From Eledone cirrhosa (Eukaryota), in NCBI GenBank assembly GCA_964016885.1, contig OZ024740.1:13020001-13084000 (forward strand): DNA of 64,000 bases. The letters run 5' to 3'. Below are positions 30,001 to 42,320 of the stretch, one piece after another (the stretch's first letter is position 1; every line of letters begins with the position of its first letter). The notes under the pieces are model-generated. The model was not told the DNA's origin and did not search any database. It was given only the letters and a program-made list of their open reading frames with translations. The position numbers and the translations under genes were made by a program.

Positions 30001-33000
30001 CTAATGTCTTGTCTCTTGTGTAATGTCTTATCTCTAGTCTAATGTCTCCAATCTAATGTCTTGTCTCTAGTCTAATGTCTCGTCTCTAGTCTAATATCTT
30101 GTCTCTAATCTAATATCACTAGTCTAATGTCTTGTGTCTAGTCTAATGTCTGTAGTCTAATGTCTTGTATCTAGTCTAATGTCTTGTCTCTAGTCTAATG
30201 TCTTGTCTCTAGTCTAATGTCTTGTCTCTAGTCTAATGTCTTGTCTCTAGTCTAATGTCCCTCGTCTAATGTCTTGTCTCTAGTCTAATGTCTCTAGTCT
30301 AATGTCTTGTCTCTAGTCTAATATCTTGTCTCTAGTCTAATGTCTTGTCTCTAGTCTAATGTCTTGTCTCTAGTCTAATGTCTTGTCTCTTCTCTAATGT
30401 CTCTAGTCTAATGTCTTGTCTCTAGTCTCATGTCTTGTCTCTAGTCTAATATTTTGTCTCTAGTCTAATGTCTCTAGTCTAATGTCTTGTCTCTAGTCTA
30501 ATGTCTTGTCTCTAGTCTAATGTTTTGTCTCTAGTCTAATGTCTCTAGTCTAATATCTTGTCTCTAGTCTAATGTTTTGTCTCTAGTCTAATGTCTTGTC
30601 TCTAGTCTAATGTCTTGTATCTACTCTAATGTCTCTAGTCTAATGTCTTGTCTCTAGTCTAATGTCTTGTCCCTAGTCTAATGTCTCTAGTCTAATGTCT
30701 TGTCTCTAGTCTAATGTCTTGTCTCTAGTCTAATGTATCTAGTCTAATATCTTGTCTCTCGTCTAATGTCTTGTCTCTACTCTAGTGTCTCTAGTCTAAT
30801 GTCTTGTCTCTACTCTAATGTCTTGTCTCTAGTCTCATGTCTTGTCTCTAGTCTCATGTCTTGTCTCTAGTCTAATGTTTTGTCTCTACTCTAATGTCTC
30901 TAGTCTAATATCTTGTCTCTAGTCTAATGGCTTGTCTCTACTCTATTGTCTCTAGTCTAATGTCTTGTCTCTAGTCTAATGTCTTGTCTCTACTCTAATG
31001 TCTCTAGTCTAATGTCTTGTCTCTAGTCTCATGTCTTGTCTCTAGTCTCATGTCTTGTCTCTAGTCTAATGTTTTGTCTCTAGTCTAATGTCTCTAGTCT
31101 AATGTCTTGTCTCTAGTCTAATGTCTTGTCTCTAGTCTAATGTTTTGTCTCTAGTCTAATGTCTCTAGTCTAATATCTTGTCTCTAGTCTAATGTTTTGT
31201 CTCTAGTCTAATGTCTTGTCTCTAGTCTAATGTCTTGTCTCTACTCTAATGTCTCTAGTCTAATGTCTTGTCTCTAGTCTAATGTCTTGTCCCTAGTCTA
31301 ATGTCTCTAGTCTAATGTCTTGTCTCTAGTCTAATGTCTTGTCTCTAGTCTAATGTCTTGTCTCTAGTCTAATGTATCTAGTCTAATAAATTGTCTCTAG
31401 TCTAATGTCTTGTCTCTACTCTAGTGTCTCTAGTCTAATGTCTTGTCTCTAGTCTAATGTCTTGTCTCTAGTCTCATGTCTTGTCGCTAGTCTCATGTCT
31501 TGTCTCTAGTCTAATGTCTTGTCTCTAGTCTAATGTATCTAGTCGAATATCTTGTTTCTAGTCTAATGTCTTGTCTCTACTCTAATGTCTCTAGTCTAAT
31601 GTCTTGTCTCTAGTCTCATGTCTTGTCTCTAGTCTAATGTTTTGTCTGTAGTCTAATATCTCTAGTATAATGTCTTGTCTCTAGTCTAATGTCTTGTCTC
31701 TAGTTTAATGTCTTGTCTCTAGTATAATGTCTTGTCTCTAGTCTAATGTCTCTAGTCTAATGTCTCTAGTCTAATGTCTTGTCTCTAGTCTAATGTCTTG
31801 TCTCTAGTCTAATGTCTTGTCTCTAGTCTAATGTCTTGTCTCTAGTCTAATGTCTCTAGTCTAATGTCTTGTCTCTAGTCTAATGTCTTGTCTCTAATCT
31901 AATGTCTCTAGTCTAATGTCTCTAGTCTAATGTCTTGTCTCTAATCTAATGTCTCTAGTCCAATGTCTTGTCTCTAGTCTAATGTCTTGTCTCTAGTCTA
32001 ATGTCTTGTCTCTAGTCTAATGTATCTAGACTAATGTCTTGTCTCCAGTCTAATGTCTTGTCTCTAGTCTAATGTCTCTAGTCTAATGTCTTGTCTCTAG
32101 TCTAATGTATCTAGTCTAATGTCTTGTCTCTTGTGTAATGTCTTATCTCTAGTCTAATGTCTCCAATCTAATGTCTTGTCTCTAGTCTAATGTCTCGTCT
32201 CTAGTCTAATATCTTGTCTCTAATCTAATATCACTAGTCTAATGTCTTGTTTCTAGTCTAATGACTCTAGTCTAATGTCTTATCTCTAATCTAATGTCTC
32301 TAGTATAATGTCTCTAGTCTAATGTCTTGTATTTAGTCTAATGTCTTGTCTCTAGTCTAATGTCTCTAGTCTAATGTCTTGTCACTAGTCTAATATCTTG
32401 TCTCTAGTCTAATATCTTGTCTCTAGTCTAATGTCTCTAGTCTAATGTCTTGTCTCTTTTCTAATGTCTTGTCTCTAGTCTAATGTCTCTAGTCTAATGT
32501 CTTGTCTCTAGTCTAATGTCTCTAGTCTAATGTCTCTAGTCTAATGTCTCCAGTCTAATGTCTTGTCTCTAGTCTAATGTCTTGTCTCTAATCTAATGTC
32601 TCTAGTCCAATGTCTTGTCTCTAGTCTAATATCTTGTCTCTAGTCTAATGTCTTGTCTCTAGTCTAATGTATCTAGTCTAACGTCTTGTCTCCAGTCTAA
32701 TGTCTTGTCTCTAGTCTAATGTCTCTAGTCTAATGTCTTGTCTCTAGTCTAATGTCTCGTCTCTAGTATAATATCTTGTCTCTAATCTAATGTCTCTAGT
32801 CTAATGTCTCATCTCTAGTCTAATGTCTCTAGTCTAATGTCTTATCTCTAATCTAATGTCTCTAGTATGATGTCTGTAGTCTAATGTCTTGTATCTAGTC
32901 TAATGTCTTGTTTCTAGTCTAATGTCTCTAGTCTAATGTCTTGTTTCTAGTCTAATGTCTCTAGTCTAATGTCTCTAGTCAAATGTCTCTAGTCTAATGT

Positions 33001-36000
33001 CTTGTCTCTAATCTAATGTCACTAGTCTAACGTCTTGTCTCTAGCCTAATGTCTTTTCTCTAGTCTAATATCTTGTCTCTAGTCTAATCTCTCTAGATTA
33101 ATGTCCTCTTTCTAGTCTAATGTCTTGTCTCTAGTCTAATGTACTGTCTCTAGTCTAATTACTTGTCTCTAGTCTAATGTCTTGTCTCTAGTCTAATGTC
33201 TTGTCTCTAGTCTAATGTCTCTAGCCTAATGTCTTGTCTCTAGTCTAATATCTTGTCTCTAGTCTAATGTCTCTAGATTAATGTCCTCTTTCTAGTCTAA
33301 TGTCTTGTCTCTAATTTAATGTCTTGTCTCTAGTCTAATGTACTGTCTCTAGTCTAATGTCTTGTCTCTAATCTAATGTCTTGTCTCTAGTCTAATGTAC
33401 TGTCTCTAGTCTAATATCTTGTCTCTAGTCTAATGTCTCTAGATTAATGTCCTCTTTCTAGTCTAATGTCTTGTCTCTAATCTAATGTCTTGTCTCTAGT
33501 CTAATGTACTGTCTCTAGTCTAATTTCTTGTCTCTAGTCTAATGTCTTGTCTCTAGCCTAATGTCTTGTCTCTAGTCTAATATCTTGTCTCTAGTCTAAT
33601 GTCTCTAGATTAATGTCCTCTTTCTAGTCTAATGTCTTGTCTCTAATCTAATGTCTTGTCTCTAGTCTAATGTACTGTCTCTAGTCTAATTTCTTGTCTC
33701 TAGTCTAATGTCTTGTCTCTAGTCTAATGTCTCTAGTCTAATGTCTTTTCTCTAGTCTAATATCTTGTCTCTAGTCTAATATCTTGTCTCTAGTCTAATG
33801 TCTTGTCTCTAGTCTAATGTCTCTAGTCTAATGTCTCTAGTCTAATGTTTCTAGTCTAATGTCTTGTGTCTAGTCTAATGTCTGTAGTCTAATGTCTTGT
33901 ATCTAGTCTAATGTCTTGTCTCTAGTCTTATGTCTTGTCTCTAATCTAATACCCCTAGTCTAATGTCTTGTCTCTAGTCTAATGTCTTGTCTCTAGTCTA
34001 ATGTCTTGTCTCTAGTCTAATGTCTTGTCTCTAGTCTAATGTCCCTCGTCTAATGTCTTGTCTCTAGTCTAATGTCTCTAGTCTAATGTCTTGTCTCTAG
34101 TCTAATATCTTGTCTCTAGTCTAATGTCTTGTCTCTAGTCTAATGTCTTGTCTCTAGTCTAGTGTCCCTCGTCTAATGTCTTGTCTCTAGTCTAACGTCT
34201 CTAGTCTAATTTCTTGTCTCTAGTCTAATGTCTTGTCTCTAGTCTAATGTCAGTAGTCTAATGTCTTGTCTCTAGTCTAATATCTTGTCTCTAGTCTAAT
34301 GTCTCTAGTCTAATGTCTTGTCTCTAGTTTAATGTCTTGTGTCTAGTCTAATATCTCTAGTCTAATGTCTTGTCTCTAATCTAATGTCTCTAGTCTAATG
34401 TCTTGTCTCTAATCTAATGTCTCTTGTCTAATGTCTTGTCTCTAGTCTATTGACTCTAGTCTAATGTCTCTAGTCTAATGTCTTGTCTCTAGTCTAATGC
34501 CTCTAGTCTAATGTCTTGTCTCTAGTCTAATGTATCTAGTCTAATATCTTGTCTCTAGTCTAATGTCTTGTCTCTACTCTAATGTCTTGTCTCTAGTCTC
34601 ATGTCTTGTCTCTAGTCTCATGTCTTGTCTCTAGTTTAATGTTTTGTCTCTACTCTAATGTCTCTAGTCTAATATCTTGTCTCTAGTCTAATGGCTTGTC
34701 TCTACTCTATTATCTCTAGTCTAATGTCTTGTCTCTAGTCTAATGTCTTGTCTCTACTCTAATGTCTCTAGTCTAATGTCTCTAGTCTAATGTCTTGTCT
34801 CTTTTCTAATGTCTTGTCTCTAGTCTAATGTCTCTAGTCTAATGTCTTGTCTCTAGTCTAATGTCTCTAGTCTAATGTCTCTAGTCTAATGTCTCCAGTC
34901 TAATGTCTTGTCTCTAGTCTAATGTCTTGTCTCTAATCTAATGTCTCTAGTCCAATGTCTTGTTTCTAGTCTAATGTCTTGTCTCTAGTCTAATGTCTTG
35001 TCTCTAGTCTAATGTATCTAGACTAATGTCTTGTCTCCAGTCTAATGTCTTGTCTCTAGTCTAATGTCTCTAGTGTAATGTCTTGTCTCTAGTCTAATGT
35101 CTCGTCTCTAGTCTAATATCTTGTCTCTAATCTAATGTCTCTAGTCTAATGTCTCATCTCTAGTCTAATGTCTCTAGTCTAATGTCTTATCTCTAATCTA
35201 ATGTCTCTAGTATGATGTCTGTAGTCTAATGTCTTGTATCTTGTCTAATGTCTTGTTTCTAGTCTAATGTCTCTAGTCTAATGTCTTGTTTCTAGTCTAA
35301 TGTCTCTAGTCTAATGTCTCTAGTCAAATGTCTCTAGTCTAATGTCTTGTCTCTAATCTAATGTCACTAGTCTAACGTCTTGTCTCTAGCCTAATGTCTT
35401 GTCTCTAGTCTAATATCTTGTCTCTAGTCTAATGTCTCTAGATTAATGTCCTCTTTCTAGTCTAATGTCTTGTCTCTAATCTAATGTCTTGTCTCTAGTC
35501 TAATGTACTGTCTCTAGTCTAGTTTCTTGTCTCTAATCTAATGTCTTGTCTCTAGTCTAATGTCTTGTCTCTAGTCTAATGTCTCTAGTCTAATGTCTTT
35601 TCTCTAGTCTAATATCTTGTCTCTAGTCTAATATCTTGTCTCTAGTCTAATGTCTTGTCTCTAGTCTAATGTCTCTAGTCTAATGTCTCTAGTCTAATGT
35701 CTCTAGTCTAATGTTTCTAGTCTAATGTCTTGTGTCTAGTCTAATGTCTGTAGTCTAATGTCTTGTATCTAGTCTAATGTCTTGTCTCTAGTCTTATGTC
35801 TTGTCTCTAATCTAATACCCCTAGTCTAATGTCTTGTCTCTAGTCTAATGTCTTGTCTCTAGTCTAATGTCTGGTCTCTAGTCTAATGTCTTGTCTCTAG
35901 TCTAATGTCCCTCGTCTAATGTCTTGTCTCTAGTCTAATGTCTCTAGTCTAATGTCTTGTCTCTAGTCTAATATCTTGTCTCTAGTCTAATGTCTTGTCT

Positions 36001-39000
36001 CTAGTCTAATGTCTTGTCTCTAGTCTAATGTCCCTCGTCTAATGTCTTGTATCTAGTCTAACGTCTCTAGTCTAATGTCAGTAGTCTAATGTCTTGTCTC
36101 TAGTCTAATATCTTGTCTCTAGTCTAATGTCTCTAGTCTAATGTCTTGTCTCTAGTTTAATGTCTTGTGTCTAGTCTAATATCTCTAGTCTAATGTCTTG
36201 TCTCTAATCTAATGTCTCTAGTCTAATGTCTTGTCTCTAATCTAATGTCTCTTGTCTAATGTCTTGTCTCTAGTCTATTGACTCTAGTCTAATGTCTCTA
36301 GTATAATGTCTTGTCTTTTGTCTCATGTCTTGTCTCTTGTCTAACGTATTGTCTCTAGTCTAATGTCTTGTCTCTAGTCTAATGCCTCTAGTCTAATGTC
36401 TTGTCTCTAGTCTAATGTATCTAGTCTAATATCTTGTCTCTAGTCTAATGTCTTGTCTCTACTCTAATGTCTTGTCTCTAGTCTCATGTCTTGTCTCTAG
36501 TCTCATGTCTTGTCTCTAGTTTAATGTTTTGTCTCTACTCTAATGTCTCTAGTCTAATATCTTGTCTCTAGTCTAATGGCTTGTCTCTACTCTATTGTCT
36601 CTAGTCTAATGTCTTGTCTCTAGTCTAATGTCTTGTCTCTACTCTAATGTCTCTAGTCTAATGTCTCTAGTCTAATGTCTTGTCTCTTTTCTAATGTCTT
36701 GTCTCTAGTCTAATGTCTCTAGTCTAATGTCTTGTCTCTAGTCTAATGTCTCTAGTCTAATGTCTCTAGTCTAATGTCTCCAGTCTAATGTCTTGTCTCT
36801 AGTCTAATGTCTTGTCTCTAATCTAATGTCTCTAGTCCAATGTCTTGTCTCTAGTCTAATGTCTTGTCTCTAGTCTAATGTCTTGTCTCTAGTCTAATGT
36901 ATCTAGACTAATGTCTTGTCTCCAGTCTAATGTCTTGTCTCTAGTCTAATGTCTCTAGTGTAATGTCTTGTCTCTAGTCTAATGTCTCGTCTCTAGTCTA
37001 ATATCTTGTCTCTAATCTAATGTCTCTAGTCTAATGTCTCATCTCTAGTCTAATGTCTCTAGTCTAATGTCTTATCTCTAATCTAATGTCTCTAGTATGA
37101 TGTCTGTAGTCTAATGTCTTGTATCTTGTCTAATGTCTTGTTTCTAGTCTAATGTCTCTAGTCTAATGTCTTGTTTCTAGTCTAATGTCTCTAGTCTAAT
37201 GTCTCTAGTCAAATGTCTCTAGTCTAATGTCTTGTCTCTAATCTAATGTCACTAGTCTAACGTCTTGTCTCTAGCCTAATGTCTTGTCTCTAGTCTAATA
37301 TCTTGTCTCTAGTCTAATGTCTCTAGATTAATGTCCTCTTTCTAGTCTAATGTCTTGTCTCTAATCTAATGTCTTGTCTCTAGTCTAATGTACTGTCTCT
37401 AGTCTAGTTTCTTGTCTCTAATCTAATGTCTTGTCTCTAGTCTAATGTCTTGTCTCTAGTCTAATGTCTCTAGTCTAATGTCTTTTCTCTAGTCTAATAT
37501 CTTGTCTCTAGTCTAATATCTTGTCTCTAGTCTAATGTCTTGTCTCTAGTCTAATGTCTCTAGTCTAATGTCTCTAGTCTAATGTCTCTAGTCTAATGTT
37601 TCTAGTCTAATGTCTTGTGTCTAGTCTAATGTCTGTAGTCTAATGTCTTGTATCTAGTCTAATGTCTTGTCTCTAGTCTTATGTCTTGTCTCTAATCTAA
37701 TACCCCTAGTCTAATGTCTTGTCTCTAGTCTAATGTCTTGTCTCTAGTCTAATGTCTGGTCTCTAGTCTAATGTCTTGTCTCTAGTCTAATGTCCCTCGT
37801 CTAATGTCTTGTCTCTAGTCTAATGTCTCTAGTCTAATGTCTTGTCTCTAGTCTAATATCTTGTCTCTAGTCTAATGTCTTGTCTCTAGTCTAATGTCTT
37901 GTCTCTAGTCTAATGTCCCTCGTCTAATGTCTTGTATCTAGTCTAACGTCTCTAGTCTAATGTCAGTAGTCTAATGTCTTGTCTCTAGTCTAATATCTTG
38001 TCTCTAGTCTAATGTCTCTAGTCTAATGTCTTGTCTCTAGTTTAATGTCTTGTGTCTAGTCTAATATCTCTAGTCTAATGTCTTGTCTCTAATCTAATGT
38101 CTCTAGTCTAATGTCTTGTCTCTAATCTAATGTCTCTTGTCTAATGTCTTGTCTCTAGTCTATTGACTCTAGTCTAATGTCTCTAGTATAATGTCTTGTC
38201 TTTTGTCTAATGTCTTGTCTCTTGTCTAACGTATTGTCTCTAGTCTAATGTCTTGTCTCTAGTCTAATGTATCTAGTCTAATATCTTGTCTCTAGTCTAA
38301 TGTCTTGTCTCTACTCTAATGTCTTGTCTCTAGTCTCATGTCTTGTCTCTAGTCTCATGTCTTGTCTCTAGTCTAATGTTTTGTCTCTACTCTAATGTCT
38401 CTAATCTAATATCTTGTCTCTAGTCTAATGTCTTGTCTCTACTCTAATGTCTTGTCTCTAGTCTAATGTCTTGTCTCTAGTCTAATGTCTTGTCTCTAGT
38501 CTAATGTATCTAGTCTAATATCTTGTCTCTAGTCTAATGTCTTGTCTCTACTCTAATGTCTTGTCTCTAGTCTCATGTCTTGTCTCTAGTCTCATGTCTT
38601 GTCTCTAGTCTAATGTTTTGTCTCTACTCTAATGTCTCTAATCTAATATCTTGTCTCTAGTCTAATGGCTTGTCTCTACTCTATTGTCTCTAGTCTAATG
38701 TCTTGTCTCTAGTCTAATGTCTTGTCTCTACTCTAATGTCTCTAGTCTAATGTCTTGTCTCTAGTCTCATGTCTTGTCTCTAGTCTCATGTCTTGTCTCT
38801 AGTCTAATGTTTTGTCTCTAGTCTAATGTCTCTAGTCTAATGTCTTGTCTCTAGTCTAATGTCTTGTCTCTAGTCTAATGTTTTGTCTCTAGTCTAATGT
38901 CTCTAGTCTAATATCTTGTCTCTAGTCTAATGTTTTGTCTCTAGTCTAATGTCTTGTCTCTAGTCTAATGTCTTGTCTCTACTCTAATGTCTCTAGTCTA

Positions 39001-39480
39001 ATGTCTTGTCTCTAGTCTAATGTCTTGTCCCTAGTCTAATGTCTCTAGTCTAATGTCTTGTCTCTAGTCTAATGTCTTGTCTCTAGTCTAATGTCTTGTC
39101 TCTAGTCTAATGTCTTGTCTCTAGTCTAATGTATCTAGTCTAATATCTTGTCTCTAGTCTAATGTCTTGTCTCTACTCTAGTGTCTCTAGTCTAATGTCT
39201 TGTCTCTAGTCTAATGTCTTGTCTCTAGTCTCATGTCTTGTCGCTAGTCTCATGTCTTGTCTCTAGTCTAATGTCTTGTCTCTAGTCTAATGTATCTAGT
39301 CGAATATCTTGTCTCTAGTCTAATGTCTCTATTCTAATGTCTTGTCTATAGTCTAATGTCTTGTCTCTAGTCTAATATCTTGTCTCTAGTCTAATGTCTT
39401 GTCTCTAGTCTAATGTTTTGACTCTAGTCTAATGTCTTGTCTCTAGTCTCATGTCTCTAGTCTAATGTGTCTAGTCTAGA
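1..39480 (+). repeat. Satellite DNA array of 19-bp (CTAGTCTAATGTCTTGTCT) and 14-bp (CTAGTCTAATGTCT) units with multi-kb higher-order repeats; runs off the window start
   Basis: Uninterrupted tandem units throughout; the two units differ by a 5-nt TGTCT; TAG/TAA stops are dense on both strands and the track reports no ORFs; rare variants such as GTCGCTAG and TAATAAATTG recur at kb spacings. Confidence 0.98.
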
Positions 39481-39625
39481 AACATTAGATGCGTTCGTGA
39501 ACGCGGCGCGTAAAGCAAATTCGCGTAATTGAAGTCTAATTTTCCGATAAATGAAAAAAATTATAAATCACACGCGTTAAAGCGAATTCGCATATTTCAA
39601 GTTTGCGTAAAAAGCGAACAGACTA
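39476..39625. mobile_element. Putative transposon-end cap of the satellite (inverted unit plus CG-rich unique segment abutting (TA)n)
   Basis: Inverted satellite unit 39476-39489; palindromes GCGTTC-GT-GAACGC (39491-39504) and GCGAATTCGC (39582-39591); isolated AGTCTAAT at 39533; ends AGACTA then TA repeat. Confidence 0.35.
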
Positions 39626-39632
39626 TATATAA

Positions 39633-39679
<47 letters not shown>
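39624..39679. repeat. (TA)n microsatellite
   Basis: Direct reading. Confidence 0.95.
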
Positions 39680-39680
<1 letters not shown>

Positions 39681-39832
39681 TGTTATACTTTGGGAGGGTC
39701 ATGTTGCCAATAAGAAACACATGCACCAGTTTCTTTCACTTCAATTTATTATAAATTAAATTTTTAAATTTTGGAATCTATATATTTCCGGTTGATTGGT
39801 TGGTTCCACAACCAGATGATTGTTCATATATT

Positions 39833-39875
39833 GTCAAAGTTCTTTCGCCACACATTCTGTTACCTCTTCAGTGAC
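39833..39875 (-). ncRNA. Type I hammerhead ribozyme, family A (PLE pseudo-LTR)
   Basis: Minus strand GTCA-CTGAAGA-G-GTAACA GAATG TGTGGC-GAAA-GAACT-T-TGAC; stem I GTCA/TGAC. Confidence 0.65.
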
Positions 39876-40063
39876 TGAGGATTCTATTCTTTGTTTTTGT
39901 GCCTCTCCTTTTTTCTGTCCTACGCATCTTGTTTTTGTGTGTGTTGTGTGCTTAGTTTGCCTATGTGTTACATCCGTGTGTTTATATTTGTTTATTTATT
40001 TGTTTATTTACATGTTACTGGTCGGTTGTTTGTTCTATGTGTGTGTGTGTTTTCATTTTGTCC

Positions 40064-40745
40064 TTAATTGTAAGTTGTGATGTTGCTATTCCATTCATGT
40101 TTTCTATTTAATTTTGGTTGGAGTTCATTTATGTTTATTGCCTCTGTGATTTGTCTAAACATTGCGTCTTTTCTGTGTGTAGATTCTATTTTTATTTCTA
40201 AGTTCTCTAATTTACCCTTATGTTCTATTTTAGCATGTTGGTGGAGTACAGATGAATCTTTACTATCTTGAAGGTCTCGCCAGTGTTCATTTATCCGTTC
40301 TCCTATATTACGAGCTGTCTCACCTATGTACACTATATTCTTATCTCTACATTGTCCTTCAGTACATCTTATGCTATATACTACATTTCTAGTTTTACAG
40401 TTAATATGGGGGCTTAATTTACAGATTATACATTTCTTATCTATACAGGGAGGTCTTTGAAAAGGGTATGTATTGCTAATAAGTGTTTTTATGGAGGTAC
40501 CTGGTCTTTCTACTATCTTAATGTTGAGTTTATGTTTATCTAGGGCCCTTCTGAATTTGTAAGCTAATTCTCCTCTAGGGGTTGTATTGAAGAACATTTC
40601 ACTCTGGTATTTATTGCTATCATACCATGAGTTTATTCTATTAACCTTATTCCTAGTTCTGTCTATTCTATTCCTAAAATTTGTTCCTATACAAGGGGCA
40701 GGTCCCATTTGTATCATTATTTACCATTTTTTCCCATTTGGTGGA
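40064..40745 (-). pseudogene. Penelope-like ORF C-terminus: RT thumb end, Cys knuckle and GIY-YIG endonuclease (Neptune/Nematis-type layout)
   Basis: CIDKKCIIC knuckle, VVYSIRC...YIGETARNIGERINEH, RQITEAININELQPKLN; upstream PLYRN segment lies in another frame (frameshift near 40680); RT core absent. Confidence 0.9.
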
Positions 40746-40945
40746 TGAGAACTGCATACGGTGCATGTAAATAAACCAGAGAACTGCATACGGTGCATGT
40801 AAATAAACAAATAAATAAACAAATATAAGCACACACAGACACCCGGATGTAACACATGCGCAAACTAAGCACACAACACACACAAAAACAAGATGGCGTA
40901 GGACAGAAGAAAGGAGAGGCACAAAAACAAAGAAAAGAATCTCCA

Positions 40946-40988
40946 GTCACTGAAGAGGTCACAGAATGTGTGACGAAAGAACTTTAAC
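40946..40988 (+). ncRNA. Type I hammerhead ribozyme, family A, inverted copy
   Basis: GTCA-CTGAAGA-G-GTCACA GAATG TGTGAC-GAAA-GAACT-T-TAAC; perfect 6-bp stem II, one mismatch in stem I. Confidence 0.65.
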
Positions 40989-41196
40989 AATATATGAAAA
41001 ATCGTCTGGTTGTGGAACCAACCCAGCAACCTGAAATTTATAAATTCCTAAATTTATAAATTTAATTTATAATAAATTGAAGTGAAAACAACTGGTGCGT
41101 GTGTTTCTTATTGGCAACATGACCCTCCCAAAGTATAACAATATCGGTTTCAACACACGTTATCAGATAAAGAATCTTGCTAAACAAATTCAGAAA

Positions 41197-41198
<2 letters not shown>

Positions 41199-41258
<60 letters not shown>
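41199..41258. repeat. (TA)n microsatellite
   Basis: Direct reading. Confidence 0.95.
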
Positions 41259-41260
<2 letters not shown>

Positions 41261-41542
41261 TAAATCATGTCCTTAGAATTATTAGATAAAATATATACCA
41301 ATTTCCTCTTCCAATTAGCATAATTAACCATATAAAAAATCAATTAGACCAAGCTATAAGAAGAAAGACTCTTATGAAGAAATCTCCGACAAATAACCGA
41401 AAGTGGCCTCTTCGCGGTGGCCCCAGTAGAGTATTTATCCAACATTTCGACAGCATGTAGAAACTGACTAAATATACCATCAACCATACACAATTAGGTG
41501 TAAAATTAAACTTAGAAGAAATGTGTACATACCGTAATTATA

Positions 41543-41617
41543 TCTCTACCATGGTTTCATCCGTATTTTTAGACATCCAATTAATAGGAATGTCTTGAGT
41601 TAGGATTCATCAGGAGA
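41543..41617 (-). ncRNA. Type I hammerhead ribozyme, family B (mirror copy)
   Basis: Reverse complement of 42246-42320. Confidence 0.85.
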
Positions 41618-42245
41618 CAAACTCAAAATCAGACATTTAGTTTTCCAACTTGATCGCGCCAAAATTAGATTCAAAAATGGCTAAGAATCGCTATGTGGCT
41701 GTGGTCAAGCTAGAAAGAATGTGATTGGTTGCTTACGGCGGGTAGGCTTGTTGCTAGAAAGCGCAGCCAAATATCGCCAAATTGAATCTCAACCTAACGG
41801 GAGATTATTAAATATAAAGGTTTACATATACATAAAGTTATAGATATATATGCTGCAACCGGTCACTTTTAGGCTCTCTGAAGAATTAATAAATTAAATA
41901 ATCAGAGCAATATATCATAAGAATATATTCTAAGGACATGATTTATGATATATTGCTCTGATTATTTAATTTATTAATTCTTCATAGAGCCTAAAAGTGA
42001 CCGGTTGCAGCATATATATCTATAACTTTATGTATATGTAAACCTTTATATTTAATAATCTCCCGTTAGGTTGAGATTCAATTTGGCGATATTTGGCTGC
42101 GCTTTCTAGCAACAAGCCTACCCGCCGTAAGCAACCAATCACATTCTTTCTAGCTTGACCACAGCCACATAGCGATTCTTAGCCATTTTTTAATCTAATT
42201 TTGGCGCGATCAAGTTGGAAAACTAAATGTCTGATTTTGAGTTTG

Positions 42246-42320
42246 TCTCCTGATGAATCCTAACTCAAGACATTCCTATTAATTGGATGTCTAAAAATAC
42301 GGATGAAACCATGGTAGAGA
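42246..42320 (+). ncRNA. Type I hammerhead ribozyme, family B
   Basis: TCTC-CTGATGA-ATCC...GGAT-GAAA-CCATGGT-A-GAGA; palindromic stem III ACCATGGT, GUA cleavage triplet, extra hairpin AGACATTCC/GGATGTCT inside stem II. Confidence 0.88.

Larger units (their letters stand above)
39680..41198 (-). mobile_element. 5'-truncated Penelope-like retroelement with inverted pseudo-LTR, between (TA)n tracts
   Basis: GIY-YIG ORF on minus strand; about 39680-40015 is the imperfect reverse complement of about 40796-41140; each arm carries a hammerhead motif. Confidence 0.9.

Noticed and set aside
1-39480. CRISPR array or coding repeat
   Set aside because: No unique spacers, no cas genes, eukaryotic context, stop codons throughout
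1-39480. Satellite as alternative telomere (minus strand contains TTAGAC) or SMAD-site (GTCT) array
   Set aside because: Canonical TTAGGG is present in the window; 4-6-nt motif matches give no functional evidence
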